A stretch of DNA of 64,000 nt from an uncultured Zetaproteobacteria bacterium (GTDB lineage Bacteria; Pseudomonadota; Zetaproteobacteria; Mariprofundales; Mariprofundaceae), in the NCBI GenBank assembly GCA_964503475.1, contig CAZCZU010000006.1:18610-82609 (forward strand), read 5' to 3'. Shown here piece by piece: positions 31,532-44,050 of this stretch. The notes beneath the pieces are model-generated. The model saw nothing but the letters and a program-made list of their open reading frames with translations, was not told where the DNA came from and ran no database searches. Every line of letters starts with the position of its first letter. Position 1 is the stretch's first letter. A program made the translations under genes and the position numbers.

Positions 31532-33680
31532 GCCGCACGCTGCGGTGGCTCCCCATCCTGCTCTGCCTGGCCTTGTGGGGGGTCATCTATCTACTCTGGC
31601 CGCAATCGGCCGGCAACGACTCCAACCTGATTGCCTGGGTCAACATCGCCCTGCTCTTCCTGCTGTCATTGCTGTTGCTGCGCTACGGCCTGCGCCTGCT
31701 AAACGAGAGCGAGGAGCGCCGTCCGGGCTCGCGCCTGCGTGCCAAGCTGGTGATGGCCCTGGTCGGCATGTTGCTGATCCCGACGGGCCTTGTGCAGATC
31801 ACCGCCAACCAGATGGTCGAGCGCGGCATGAACATCTGGTTCGATGTGCGCGTCGATACGCTGCTCGATCGGGCCCTGAACCTGGCCCAGGGCTTCTATG
31901 CCCGCATCGACCAGGATCTGCAGCAGGGGCTGGCCTCGGCCATGAACGACGACCTGCTGCTCTCCCGCGTCTCGGTGATGCCGCTCAGCTACACGGCCCT
32001 GATCGGGCGCATGAACGAGATTCTCGATCATGAGGGGTGGCAGAGCCTGCAGCTTTACGATGTCAACGAACGCCTGATCGCCAGCGTGCAGGCGGAGGGG
32101 CTGGCCGGGCTTGATTCCGGTTCCCTGAGTGAGCAGGCCCGCATGTCGATGGTGCTCGGGCGCGTCACCACCGAACTGATCACCCGCGATGGCGAGGAGC
32201 TGGCCGTCGGCTATGCACCGCTGAAGGTGCACCAGAACACCGTCGGCCTGCTCAAGGCCGAGATGCGTCTGCCGATTGGTATCGTACAGAATGCGCGTGC
32301 GGTCGAGACCGACTACCGCACCTACAAGGAGCTGGAGCGGCATCGTCAGTCGATCCGTCAGGCCTTCACGCACGTGATGCTGATTGTCACCCTGTTGATC
32401 ATCCTGACCGCCGGCATTGTCGCCATCGCCTTCGCCCGCCGCCTCACGGCCCCGATCGGCGATCTTGCCCATGCCCTGCAGCGCGTCACCGAGGGCGATC
32501 TCAATGTCTCGATTCCCGCCGCCCCGGACGATGAACTCGGTTCGCTGGTCCACTTCTTCAACCGCATGACCCTGCGCCTGAAGCAGAATATGGAGGCACT
32601 GGAGAAGGCGCAGGTGGACCTGACCAATGCGCTGGGCAGCAGCCGCCAGCGCCAGTACGTGCTGGAGACACTGCTGGCCAACCTGCAGACCGGCGTACTG
32701 CTGCTCAATGCCGACGGCAGCATCCGCCTGATCAACGAATCGTTGCGCCAGCTGTTGCACCTCTCCGGCGACTGGATGGTCGGCCGTAATATCCAGGCCC
32801 TGACCGGCGGCCGCCTGCACCAGGTCGGCCACTTCTTCGACGAGCTGCAACACCAGCAGGCCGATCATCTGCAGCACGAACTGGAGCTGACCATCGAGCA
32901 TCGCAAGCTGCAGATCCTGATTCGTGGTGCCCGCCTCAGCGAATCGGGCGAATCCGGCTTCTCCGGCTACCTGCTGGTACTCGATGACGTCAGCCAGCTG
33001 GCCGAGGCACAACGCCACCGCGCCTGGGCCGAGGTGGCGCAGAGGCTGGCGCACGAGATCAAGAACCCGCTCACCCCGATCAAGCTGGCCGCCGAACGGC
33101 TGCAGCGCCGCTTCCGCAAGCAGGCGGATGACCCGGTCGTATTCGATACCTGCACGCATGCCATCATCGGCCAGGTGGAACGGCTGCAGCGCCTGATCGC
33201 CGACTTCTCCACCCTGGCACGCATGCCCAAGCCGAAGTGCAGCGAAACCCGGGTCGAAATCTTCACGCACGAGATCGAGGAGCTCTACAACGCCTACCGC
33301 CGCGTCGATGTGCAGAGCCCCGAAGATGCGCTCACCTGCTTCTGCGATGCCGACCAGATCCGCCAGATCCTGATCAACCTGATGGACAATGCCCTGGCCG
33401 CCACCGAGGCGGAAAACCGGCCGGTACGCCTCTACGTCAGCAATGACGAGAACGAGGTGCAGATTCATGTCGAGGATGAGGGTCCAGGTATCCCGAGCGA
33501 GATACGGAGCCATATCTTCGATGCCTACTACTCGACCAAGGAGCAGGGCTCGGGCCTCGGCCTCTCGATCGCCAAGCGTATCGCCGACGAACATAGCGGC
33601 GCGCTGGAGCTGGTATCGGCCGCCAAACCGACGCACTTCTGCTTGCGCCTGCCCAGGCAAAACCCCAACATGGAGCGCCC

Positions 33681-33684
<4 letters not shown>
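31528..33684 (+). CDS. ntrY: NtrY-like sensor histidine kinase (TM-HAMP-PAS-HisKA-HATPase)
   Basis: 718 aa. N-terminal TM helices, a HAMP region, H-box LAHEIKNPLTPI, and the N/G boxes of HATPase_c. Confidence 0.85.
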
Positions 33685-35062
<1,378 letters not shown>

Positions 35063-35066
<4 letters not shown>

Positions 35067-36439
35067 ACGTCCTGATCCTCGGTGCCGGCGAAGTCGGCTT
35101 CCACATCGCCCAGCGCCTGGCCACCGAGGGCAACGATGTCGCCGTCATCGACAACGATGCCGAACGCCTGCAGCGCGTCGCCGATACCATGGATGTGCGC
35201 ACCGTCCTCGGCCACGCCTCGCATCCGCATGTGCTGGCGCAGGCGGGAGCGGAGAATGTCGAGCTGCTGATCGCCGCCACCATGAGCGACGAGACCAACA
35301 TGCTCGCCTGCCAGGTGGCGCATACGCTGTTCAAGGTGACCACCAAGATGGCCCGCATCCGCGAGCCGAGCTATGTGAACCATCCCCAGCTTTTCGGTCG
35401 CGACGAGCTGCCGATCGATCTGATCATCTCGCCGGAGCGCGAGGCGGCCCGCTCGATCATCAAGCGTTTCCAGGTCTCCTCCGCCGTCGATGCGCAGGAG
35501 TTCGCCGACGGCAAGGTGCAGCTGCTCGGCATGCGCGTACCGCCCAAGGGAATCCTGGCCGGCATCGCGCTCAATGAGCTGGGCGAGGTACTGGGCGATC
35601 TGCGCGCCTATGTGGTGGCGCACGAGCACAACCACATCTGGAAAGTGCCGGGGCCGGATACGGTATTGCTGGCCGGTGACAGCGTCTATATCGCCGTACC
35701 GGGCGACCAGGTAGATGCCCTGCTGAAGACGATCGGCAGCGAGATCAGCATCGGCCTGCCGCGCCAGCGCCATGCCATGCTGGTCGGCGGCGGTCATGTC
35801 GGCTTCATCGTCGCCCAGGAGCTGGAGCGGCTCGGCGTGTCGCTGAAGGTGATCGAGTTCAATCCCCACCGTGCCGCCTGGCTGGCCGAGAACCTGCACA
35901 AGAGTGTGGTCATCCAGGGCGATGCCCTGGACCGCGACCTGCTCGAGGAGGAGGGGATCGATGGCATGGAGGATTTCCTGGCCCTGACCAACGACGATGA
36001 GACCAACATCCTGGTCAGCCTGATCGCCAAGAAGTACGAGGTGCCGCACATTGTCACCCTGGTCAACCGCGGCATGTACACCGAGCTGGTGCGCCAGGTG
36101 GGGCTCGATATCACCGTATCGCCGCGCCTGACCACCGCTGCCGCCATCCTGCGCCATGTGCGCAAGGGCCGGATCATCGGCATGTCCTCGCTGGGGGACG
36201 GCACGCTGGAGGTGCTGGAGGCGGAAGCGCTGAAGACCTCGAGCATCCTGCATACGCCGCTGAAGGCACTCGAGCTGCCGGCCGGCACCGCCATCGCCGC
36301 CATCGTGCGCGACGACAAGGTGATCATCCCGGACGGCAACTCGCGCGTACTTCCCAACGACCACGTCGTCCTGGTCACCCACAGCAACACACTGCGCGAG
36401 GTGGAACGCCTCTTCGAAGTGCGGCTGGAATTCTTCTAA
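35063..36439 (+). CDS. trkA: Trk potassium uptake system NAD-binding protein TrkA
   Basis: 458 aa with duplicated RCK N/C domains (ILGAGEVG and LVGGGHVG Rossmann motifs). Confidence 0.93.
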
Positions 36440-36457
36440 CAGGGCCGGCCGGAAACG

Positions 36458-37897
36458 ATGCACTGGAGGGGAGTATTCTGGACACTGGGTGTGCTTACGG
36501 CGCTGTTCGGCGTCGGCATGCTGTTTCCGGCCATCATCTCGCTCTACTACCACACCGGCCATGCCGACCATTTCGTGCTGGCGGGATCGCTGGTCTCGCT
36601 GCTGGGGCTGACCATGATGCGCAGCATCGGCGGCGCCCCGGAGCAGCTGACCCACAAGGATGGCTTCCTGATCGTCGCTCTGGCCTGGATTTTCCTTTCC
36701 ATGCTGGGGGCGGTCCCCTTCTGGACCACCGGCGTCTGCAGCAGTGTCATCGACGGCCTGTTCGAATCGACCTCGGGGCTGACCACCACCGGAGCAACCA
36801 TCCTCTCGGGGCTGGATAACCAGCCGCCATCGATCCTTTTCTGGCGCTCGATGCAGGAGTGGCTGGGCGGCATGGGTATCATCGTCCTGGCCGTGGCCGT
36901 GATGCCGCTGCTCGGTGTGGGCGGCATGCAGCTGTTCCGGGCCGAAACGCCGGGACCGGTGAAAGACAAGCTGACCGCCCGCGTTACCGAAACGGCCAAG
37001 GCACTCTGGTACATCTATCTGGGCATGACCATCGTCACCACCTTCGCCCTGTGGCTGGCCGGCATGACGCTGTTCGATGCCATCAACCACGCCATGTGCA
37101 CCATCGCCATCGGCGGCTTCTCCACCCACGATGCCAGCATCGGCTACTACGACTCGCCGCTGATCAACATGGTCATCGTCGTGTTCATGCTGATGGCCGG
37201 TGTCAATTTCACCCTCCACTTCGCATCGCTTCGGCGCGGCTTCTCGCCCTTCATCTATTTCCGCGATGATGAGTTCCGCACCTACCTGAAGTGGGTCATC
37301 ACCCTGATTGTGCTGGTCGGCCTGCTGGCGCTCACCTCCGGCAAGGGGAGCTGGGATCAGGTGATCTTCAATACCGTCTCGATCGCCACCACCACCGGCT
37401 TCGCCGTCAGCGACTACGCCCTGTGGCCGCCGGGAACGACGATGCTGCTGCTGATGGCGATGTTCGTCGGTGCCTGTGCCGGCTCCACCGGCGGCGGCAT
37501 CAAGGTGGTACGCGTACTGCTGCTCTTCCGCCAGGGCATGCGCGAGCTCTACCGCCTGATTCATCCGCACGCGGTGGCCCGCATCAAGCTGGGGCGCCAG
37601 AGTGTATCGGAGCCGGTCGTGCAGGCGCTGTGGGGCTTCTTCGTGCTCTACATGGTCAGCTATGCGGTGATCTGTGTGCTGCTCGCCTTCACCGGCGTCG
37701 ACCTGGCCACCACCCTGACCGCCACCGCTGCCTGCCTGACCAACACCGGCCCCGGCTTCGGCGATGTCGGCCCCGCCTCCAACTACGCCACCCTGCCGGA
37801 TACGGCCAAGGGGGTCTTGATGTTCGGCATGGTGCTCGGGCGTCTGGAGATCTTCACCTTCTTCGTCATGCTGATTCCGGAGTTCTGGAAGCGCTAA
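36458..37897 (+). CDS. trkH: Trk potassium uptake membrane protein TrkH
   Basis: 479 aa polytopic protein with the typical TrkH selectivity-loop repeats (TTTG, GFSTH, TTTGF, NTGPG). Confidence 0.93.
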   Translation: MHWRGVFWTLGVLTALFGVGMLFPAIISLYYHTGHADHFVLAGSLVSLLGLTMMRSIGGAPEQLTHKDGFLIVALAWIFLSMLGAVPFWTTGVCSSVIDGLFESTSGLTTTGATILSGLDNQPPSILFWRSMQEWLGGMGIIVLAVAVMPLLGVGGMQLFRAETPGPVKDKLTARVTETAKALWYIYLGMTIVTTFALWLAGMTLFDAINHAMCTIAIGGFSTHDASIGYYDSPLINMVIVVFMLMAGVNFTLHFASLRRGFSPFIYFRDDEFRTYLKWVITLIVLVGLLALTSGKGSWDQVIFNTVSIATTTGFAVSDYALWPPGTTMLLLMAMFVGACAGSTGGGIKVVRVLLLFRQGMRELYRLIHPHAVARIKLGRQSVSEPVVQALWGFFVLYMVSYAVICVLLAFTGVDLATTLTATAACLTNTGPGFGDVGPASNYATLPDTAKGVLMFGMVLGRLEIFTFFVMLIPEFWKR

Positions 37898-38015
37898 GCG
37901 GAATTGCCCGGGAAGGCATTCCTACCGAGCCCTCTTCTTTATCCACACCCAACGCCCCGACAAGCAACTGAGGTATAAACGTGCTGCTAACGGGGGATCA
38001 AAATCAGGATACTGA

Positions 38016-40319
38016 TTAGCGCTTGCGCCGGCGCGGCGGTTTGCCGCCCCCCTTTCCGTCACGGGCATGCTTACCCCGCCGCGGGCGATCCCCGTCGCGT
38101 TTGGGGCGCGAAGTGCGCAGCGGCTTGTGTTCGGCGATCGGGGCCGGATGCTCCACCGTCTCACCGACCAGCGTCACATTGATCATGCCGCGCACCGGAT
38201 CGGTCGACTCGATCGTCACCTCCACCTTGTCGCCCAGGGCGAAGGTGATACCGCCCCGGCGCGACACCAGGCGGTGGTGCACTTCGTCATGCGAAAAGCT
38301 GCCGGAGAGCAGATCAACATTGAGCGAACCCTCGGCCAATGAGGGCTGCAGCTCGAAGAAAATCCTGCGCTTGGTCAGCCCGGCAATGATGGCCGGCATC
38401 GTCTGCCCCACATCCTTCTTATGATAAAGGGCGGCCAGCATCGCCTGCGTATCCCATTCGGCCCGCTGCTGCTTGCGCTCCTGGGTTGAGGTCTGCTCAC
38501 CGATGGCGGCAAGCGTATCGGCCGGCTGTACATCGTCCGGATTGGCGCCGTTGACCAATGCCTTCAGTCGCCGGTGCACGGTCAGATCGGCATAGCGACG
38601 GATCGGGCTGGTGAAGTGGCAGTAAGAGCGGTAGGCGAGACCGAAGTGGCCGTCGTTGTTGGTCGTGTAACGTGCCTGCTGCATCGAACGCAGGATCAGG
38701 CGATGCAGCACATGCGCAAAGGGGCGCCCCTCCGACTGCTCCAGTACCCGCTGCACATCCCCCGGCTTCGGCGCCTGCCCCTCGCGATGGCGGATGGCGA
38801 TACCGAACGGCTCCAGAAAGGCATTGAGCTTGTCGATCGCGGTGGCCTCCGGTGCCGGATGCACACGGTAAAGCAATGGCGAACCCTTGCTCTCGAAGTA
38901 TTCGGCCACGGCCGTATTGGCGGCCAACATCATCTCCTCGATCAGCTTATGAGCCGTGTTGCGGTCACGCGACTGCATACCGGAGATGCCATCCTCGTCG
39001 AGCATGGCCCGCACCTCGGGCAGGTCGAGATCCAGAGCCCCACGCTGCTCGCGCCCCTGCTCCAGCTTGGCGAACAGTTGATTGGCATCGTTCAGCATGG
39101 CGCGGATGGCGGGCTTCGCCACCGCCTGCTCATCATGATCCTCCAGCCAGGCGGCCACCTGCGTGTAGGTGAGGCGCGCCTGCGAATGGATCAGCGCCTC
39201 ATGGATACGGATCGAACGACGGATGCCGGCAGCATCGAAACGCATGCGCACCGCCATCGCCAGGCGCGGCACATCCGGATTGAGCGAGCAGAGGCCATTG
39301 GAGAGCTTCTCCGGCAGCATCGGAATGACGCGATCGGGAAAATAGAAGGAGTTGGAGCGGCTCAGGGCCTCCTCATCGAGGGCCGAGCCGGGCTTCACGT
39401 AGTGCGCCACATCGGCAATGGCCACCCACGCCTCGAAGCCCTCGCCGCGCGACTGCACGCAGATGGCATCATCGAAATCGCGCGCATCCTCGCCGTCGAT
39501 GGTGACGAACGGCAGATGCGTCAGGTCGGTACGCCCCGCCTTGTCGGCATGGGCCACCTGGTCGGGGATGACGGCCGTCTCCTTCAGCACCGCATCGGGG
39601 AACTCATCCGGCAGCTCCTGCTCGGCAACGATCACCTCGATCAGGTCGGCGGGCTTCAGGGAGTCGCCGAGTACGCTGACCACACGACCGCGCAGCGGAT
39701 CGGAATCGCGCTCGATCTCGATGCGTACCCAGTCGCCGTCGTGCGCGCCGTTGGCATCCTTTTTGGCCACCAGCACCGCAAACGGGAAACGACGGGAACG
39801 GGGTTCGGCCAGGGCGATGCCGCCATCGATGCGCAACTGGGCCGTAATCGTCGTCTGCGCCTGCTTCACGACGCGGATCAGTTCGCCCGCCTCGCGGCCA
39901 CGCCGGCGGATGACCCGCACCTCGACCATATCGCCGTGCATCACCCCGCGCATCTGCTCCGGCGGCAGGAAGATATCCTCAGCCCTCCCGGGCACGGCCA
40001 CAAAGCCGAAGCCATCCGGATGGGCCGAGACCGTGCCCTGCCAGCTCGGCCCGTGCCCGCCCCGAAGGCGCACAGCCCTCAGGCGTTTGCCGTGGCGCTT
40101 GATCTCGCCCGCCTCCAGCATGGCATGCAGCTGCTCGTCCAGTTCGCGGTGCGAACGTGCCGTGCGCAGGTGCAGCATTTTGGCTATTTCGCCGGCACTA
40201 ACGCCCCCCTGCTGCTCCTGCAGCAGCTGCAAAAGCTCAGCCCGGCCAACGCCGGATGGGCGCCGCTCGGGTCGTTTGCCGCCGTCGTGTGCGTGCGGTC
40301 GTGTTTTCTTTCTTGACAC
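38016..40319 (-). CDS. rnr: Ribonuclease R
   Basis: 767 aa with cold-shock-like domains, an RNB catalytic domain (FVTIDGEDARDFDDA), an S1 domain and a basic Lys/Arg-rich C-terminal tail. Confidence 0.93.
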   Translation of the reverse strand: MSRKKTRPHAHDGGKRPERRPSGVGRAELLQLLQEQQGGVSAGEIAKMLHLRTARSHRELDEQLHAMLEAGEIKRHGKRLRAVRLRGGHGPSWQGTVSAHPDGFGFVAVPGRAEDIFLPPEQMRGVMHGDMVEVRVIRRRGREAGELIRVVKQAQTTITAQLRIDGGIALAEPRSRRFPFAVLVAKKDANGAHDGDWVRIEIERDSDPLRGRVVSVLGDSLKPADLIEVIVAEQELPDEFPDAVLKETAVIPDQVAHADKAGRTDLTHLPFVTIDGEDARDFDDAICVQSRGEGFEAWVAIADVAHYVKPGSALDEEALSRSNSFYFPDRVIPMLPEKLSNGLCSLNPDVPRLAMAVRMRFDAAGIRRSIRIHEALIHSQARLTYTQVAAWLEDHDEQAVAKPAIRAMLNDANQLFAKLEQGREQRGALDLDLPEVRAMLDEDGISGMQSRDRNTAHKLIEEMMLAANTAVAEYFESKGSPLLYRVHPAPEATAIDKLNAFLEPFGIAIRHREGQAPKPGDVQRVLEQSEGRPFAHVLHRLILRSMQQARYTTNNDGHFGLAYRSYCHFTSPIRRYADLTVHRRLKALVNGANPDDVQPADTLAAIGEQTSTQERKQQRAEWDTQAMLAALYHKKDVGQTMPAIIAGLTKRRIFFELQPSLAEGSLNVDLLSGSFSHDEVHHRLVSRRGGITFALGDKVEVTIESTDPVRGMINVTLVGETVEHPAPIAEHKPLRTSRPKRDGDRPRRGKHARDGKGGGKPPRRRKR

Positions 40320-40351
40320 TTAATCACTCCAACTTACTATTCGCGCCACTT

Positions 40352-40438
<87 letters not shown>

Positions 40439-40553
40439 CATGAATAAGGTCCGGCATACTGCCGGGCCTTTTCTTTTTAAGCCACCTGATTCGTCAAACT
40501 TCTTTTCTCAAGTATATACTTGGCCTTGTGTCCATCTCTTCGAGTATAGTCGC

Positions 40554-41450
40554 ATGAGCGTACAAACGGATATCGAGGCCGCCGAAGGGCTGTTGCAGCG
40601 CCTCTCCATGCTGCGCGGCTGGTCGCGCCAGACGCTCGCCGCCTACCGCAGCGACATCATCCATGCCGCCACCTGGCTGGCCGGGCATGGCCACACCACC
40701 ATTTTCAAAGCCGGGCAGGAGCAGCTTGCCCGCTACCTTGCCAGCCTTGCCAGGCAAGGGCTGAAGGAGTCGAGCATCCAGCGCCGGCGCAGTACGCTCT
40801 CCACCTGGTATACGCTGCTGCAGCAGGAGGATATCCGCGAGGATCATCCGGTGCGTGCCCTGCCCAAGGCACGGCGCAGCCGCAGGCTGCCCAAGGAGAT
40901 GAGCGAGCAGGATGTCGAACGACTGCTGGCCGCGCCCGACATTGCCACCCCCGCCGGCCTGCGCGATCGCTGTATGCTGGAAGTGATGTACGCCACAGGT
41001 TTGCGTGTTTCCGAGTTGATAGCGTTGACGCCGGGTAACCTGGACATGCAGGCTGGCCTGATCCGTGTCGTCGGCAAGGGGAACAAGGAGCGTCTGGTTC
41101 CCTTTGGCGATGAAGCGGCAAATTGGTTGCGGCAATGGCAGCGGCAACGGCCGAAAAATGCCGGCGCCTATCTGTTTCCGGGCCGGGGAGGGCACGCCAT
41201 GACACGCCAGAACTTCTGGCAGCGCATCAAGCTGCATGCTGCTGCTGCCGGCATTGCGCCGCTACCCTCGCCGCATACGCTGCGCCACGCCTTCGCCACC
41301 CACCTGCTCAACCACGGCGCCGATCTGCGCACGGTGCAGATGCTGCTGGGTCATACCAACATCACCACCACCGAGATCTACACCCATATCTCGCGCGTGC
41401 GCCTGCATGAGCTGGTCAACCGCTCGCATCCGCTGGGAGCAGGAAGATGA
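40554..41450 (+). CDS. xerD: Tyrosine site-specific recombinase XerD
   Basis: Start at ATG 40554. Motifs LRDRCMLEVMYATGLRVSELIAL and HTLRHAFATHLLNHGADLRTVQMLLGHTNITTTEIYTH are XerD-type catalytic R..HxxR..Y motifs. ORF-track start 40389 runs through the tRNA and is rejected. Confidence 0.9.
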   Translation: MSVQTDIEAAEGLLQRLSMLRGWSRQTLAAYRSDIIHAATWLAGHGHTTIFKAGQEQLARYLASLARQGLKESSIQRRRSTLSTWYTLLQQEDIREDHPVRALPKARRSRRLPKEMSEQDVERLLAAPDIATPAGLRDRCMLEVMYATGLRVSELIALTPGNLDMQAGLIRVVGKGNKERLVPFGDEAANWLRQWQRQRPKNAGAYLFPGRGGHAMTRQNFWQRIKLHAAAAGIAPLPSPHTLRHAFATHLLNHGADLRTVQMLLGHTNITTTEIYTHISRVRLHELVNRSHPLGAGR

Positions 41451-42631
41451 GCGAGCTGGCAGCCCTCTACAAACAGGCTCGCAAGGCGGTGCTGGGCGAG
41501 CGTTTCGACGAAGCCGCCGACGCCTATCGCCAGATTCTGGAGCAGACCGATCAGCAGGACGATCTCGATCTGCGCCTGCGCCTGGCCCGCTGCCTGGAGC
41601 AGGCCGGCAAGATGGAAGAGGCCGGCAACATCTATCACGAGATCGTCGATATCTATCAGGTGCGTGGCGAGACGGGTGCCGCCCACTCGCTGAAAGAGAT
41701 TATCGAGCGGCTGCGCGAGAGCGATGCGGCTGCCAGCGCGGAAGCCGAGGAGGAGGGCGAGGCGCCGGCCGAAATCCCGGAGCTCGACGAGACGGAACTG
41801 ATCGCCATGCTGCGCGACATGGGTATCGAGCAGCATGCCGATCCGGAAAGCTACATCTGCCATACCGGCGATACCCCGCATGCCCTGTGGCTGCTCGCCG
41901 AGGGCACGGTACAGGTCACCCTGCCCGATTATGATGAGCCGGACGTGGTCATGGCCCGCGACGGTGCCCTGGCCCTGCTCGGCGAGCAGGGACTCTTCAC
42001 CCACCAGCGGCAGCCGGCCGATATCCAGGCCGTCGATGCCTGCACCTACTACAGCATCCCGACCGAGACGATCTACGCCCGCCAGAAGACGGACCCCGCC
42101 TTCCATGCCGCCATGGAGCGGCTGCTGCGCCAGAAGTGGGTCGAGCCGGTCTTGCGCCGGCATGTGGTGTTCGAGCGCATCAACGACATCGACCGCATGC
42201 GCCTGGCCGGCGCCTTCGAGCGCATTCGCCTGGAGCCGGGCGAGGTGCTGCTGCATGCCAGGGAGGAGCACGACGGCGCCTACCTGCTGCAATCCGGCTG
42301 CCTCTTCTTCATGCACGACGAGGATGCCCCGGCCAGCGATGCCAGCGAATCCGAGGATGCACTGCTGACCAGCGTACTGCCCGGCGACATGATCCACCTG
42401 GGCGGCCTGCTGGACGGCTTCCGCAGCGAATACCGCATCATCGCCGCCACCCCGGTGGAACTGCTGCACCTGTCGCGCGAACGTTTCGAGCCCTTCACCC
42501 TGCGTCGGCCATGGATCATCCAGGCCCTGGTACGCTACTCGCGCCGGCCGGTGCACCTGCAGGTGCTGCGCCCGGAGGACGACTACCTCTGGACCACCCA
42601 GCGTCATATTACCCTGCGCAAGGTGCGCTAA
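41447..42631 (+). CDS. Hypothetical protein: TPR-like N-terminus, acidic linker, two cyclic-nucleotide-binding-like (CAP effector) domains
   Basis: 394 aa. Two repeats of a cNMP-binding-like beta-barrel pattern (HTGDTPHALWLLAEGTVQV...GEQGLF and REEHDGAYLLQSGCLFF...PGDMIHLGGLL). ATGA overlap with the xerD stop. Confidence 0.55.
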   Translation: MSELAALYKQARKAVLGERFDEAADAYRQILEQTDQQDDLDLRLRLARCLEQAGKMEEAGNIYHEIVDIYQVRGETGAAHSLKEIIERLRESDAAASAEAEEEGEAPAEIPELDETELIAMLRDMGIEQHADPESYICHTGDTPHALWLLAEGTVQVTLPDYDEPDVVMARDGALALLGEQGLFTHQRQPADIQAVDACTYYSIPTETIYARQKTDPAFHAAMERLLRQKWVEPVLRRHVVFERINDIDRMRLAGAFERIRLEPGEVLLHAREEHDGAYLLQSGCLFFMHDEDAPASDASESEDALLTSVLPGDMIHLGGLLDGFRSEYRIIAATPVELLHLSRERFEPFTLRRPWIIQALVRYSRRPVHLQVLRPEDDYLWTTQRHITLRKVR

Positions 42632-42759
42632 ACCCGTATTGACAGCCCTGCAACCGCTGGCGCAGCCTCAATGGCCCCACAGGTGCGCACGGGGGGCGGG
42701 AAATTTTCCTTCGCCTTTGCTATATTGCCGCGCCTGTAATCAATGGAGGTGATGTTGCC

Positions 42760-43911
42760 ATGTCCAGGAACGACGAAATAGCCTGCTACTCCCCGGGGCT
42801 CGCCGGCATTCCGGTCGCCAAGTCGGCCATCTCCTATGTCGATGGTCAGAAGGGGCATCTCGAATACCGCGGCATCGATATCGAGGAGCTGGCCGAGAAA
42901 TCCTCGTTCGAGGAGACCGCCTACCTGTTGCTCAACGGCAAGCTGCCCAACAAGGAGGAGCTGAAGGCGTTCGACGAGGGGCTTCGCCACCATCGCCGCA
43001 TCAAGTTCCGTATCCGCGACATCATGAAACACTTCCCCGAATCGGCCCACCCGATGGACTCGCTGCAGGCGACCGTGGCCGTGCTCGGCATGTTCTATCC
43101 GCTGCCCAACAAGCTGAACGAGCAGCAGGTGCACGAGGTGTGCCTGCGCCTGATCGCCAAGCTGCCGACCCTGGTGGCGGCACATGCGCGCATGCGCAAC
43201 GGCGACGACCCGATCCCGCCGCGCGACGACCTGTCGCACGCGGCCAACTTCTACTACATGCTCACCGGCCAGGAGCCGTATGCCCTGACCGAGCGCATCA
43301 TGGATGTGGCCCTGATCGTGCATGCCGAGCACACGATGAATGCCTCCACCTTCTCGACCCTGGTCACCGCCTCGACCGAGGCCGATGCCTACACGGCGAT
43401 CAGTGCCGCCATCGGCTCGCTCTCCGGCCCCCTGCACGGCGGTGCCAACGAGGATGTGCTGCACATGCTGGATGAGATTGGTTCGGTCGAGAACGTCGAG
43501 GCCTACCTGGAGCGTAAGCTGGCCAACAAGGAGAAGATCGCAGGCCTGGGCCACCGCATCTACAAGACCAAGGATCCGCGCGCCACGCTGCTGCAGAAGC
43601 TCTACGTGCAGCTGACCGAGCGCATGGGTACCGACCCCACCTATGAGGTCGCCAGCCGCATCGAGGAGCTCTCCAAGAGCACGCTGGGTGCCAAGGGCGT
43701 GTGCCCGAATGTCGATTTCTACTCCGGCATCGTCTACCGCAAGATCGGCATCCCGACCGACATCTTCACGCCGGTCTTCGCCATCGCGCGCGTGGCCGGC
43801 TGGCTGGCGCACTGGAAAGAGCAGCTGGCCGACAACCGCATCTACCGCCCGATGCAGATCTACACCGGCGAGCACGGCACCAGCTACACCCCGATCGACC
43901 GCCGCGTCTGA
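42760..43911 (+). CDS. Citrate synthase family enzyme (short ~380-aa type; citrate or 2-methylcitrate synthase)
   Basis: 383 aa. Motifs GLAGIPVAKSAISYVDG, HAEHTMNASTF, GPLHGGANE and GHRIYKTKDPRA. Confidence 0.9.
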   Translation: MSRNDEIACYSPGLAGIPVAKSAISYVDGQKGHLEYRGIDIEELAEKSSFEETAYLLLNGKLPNKEELKAFDEGLRHHRRIKFRIRDIMKHFPESAHPMDSLQATVAVLGMFYPLPNKLNEQQVHEVCLRLIAKLPTLVAAHARMRNGDDPIPPRDDLSHAANFYYMLTGQEPYALTERIMDVALIVHAEHTMNASTFSTLVTASTEADAYTAISAAIGSLSGPLHGGANEDVLHMLDEIGSVENVEAYLERKLANKEKIAGLGHRIYKTKDPRATLLQKLYVQLTERMGTDPTYEVASRIEELSKSTLGAKGVCPNVDFYSGIVYRKIGIPTDIFTPVFAIARVAGWLAHWKEQLADNRIYRPMQIYTGEHGTSYTPIDRRV

Positions 43912-43928
43912 TCATCCAAACAAAGCGT

Positions 43929-43944
43929 GGCCCGGCAACGGGCC
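43929..43944 (+). terminator. Short GC hairpin after citrate synthase
   Basis: GGCCCG-GCAA-CGGGCC, 18 nt after the stop. The T-tract is weak, hence low confidence. Confidence 0.35.
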
Positions 43945-43981
43945 TCTGCATTTCCTGACTTCAATCCCCGCTAGCAGTCTG

Positions 43982-44050
43982 CCGATTTAGCACCTTTCAA
44001 ACCGGCAAAGAGCAGCAACGTCGCGACCGGTTTTAAAGGTGCTAAATCGG
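43982..44050. repeat. Long inverted repeat (24-nt arms, 23/24 complementary, 21-nt spacer)
   Basis: CCGATTTAGCACCTTTCAAACCGG (43982-44005) against CCGGTTTTAAAGGTGCTAAATCGG (44027-44050). Further hairpins follow, e.g. GTCCTTTCTT/AAGAAAGGAC at 44092-44119. Confidence 0.85.

Noticed and set aside
37898-38015. Small palindromes in the trkH-rnr convergent gap (GGAAT..ATTCC; AATCAG..CTGATT).
   Set aside because: The stems are short (5-6 bp), consistent with ordinary terminators for convergent genes. Nothing is unusual.
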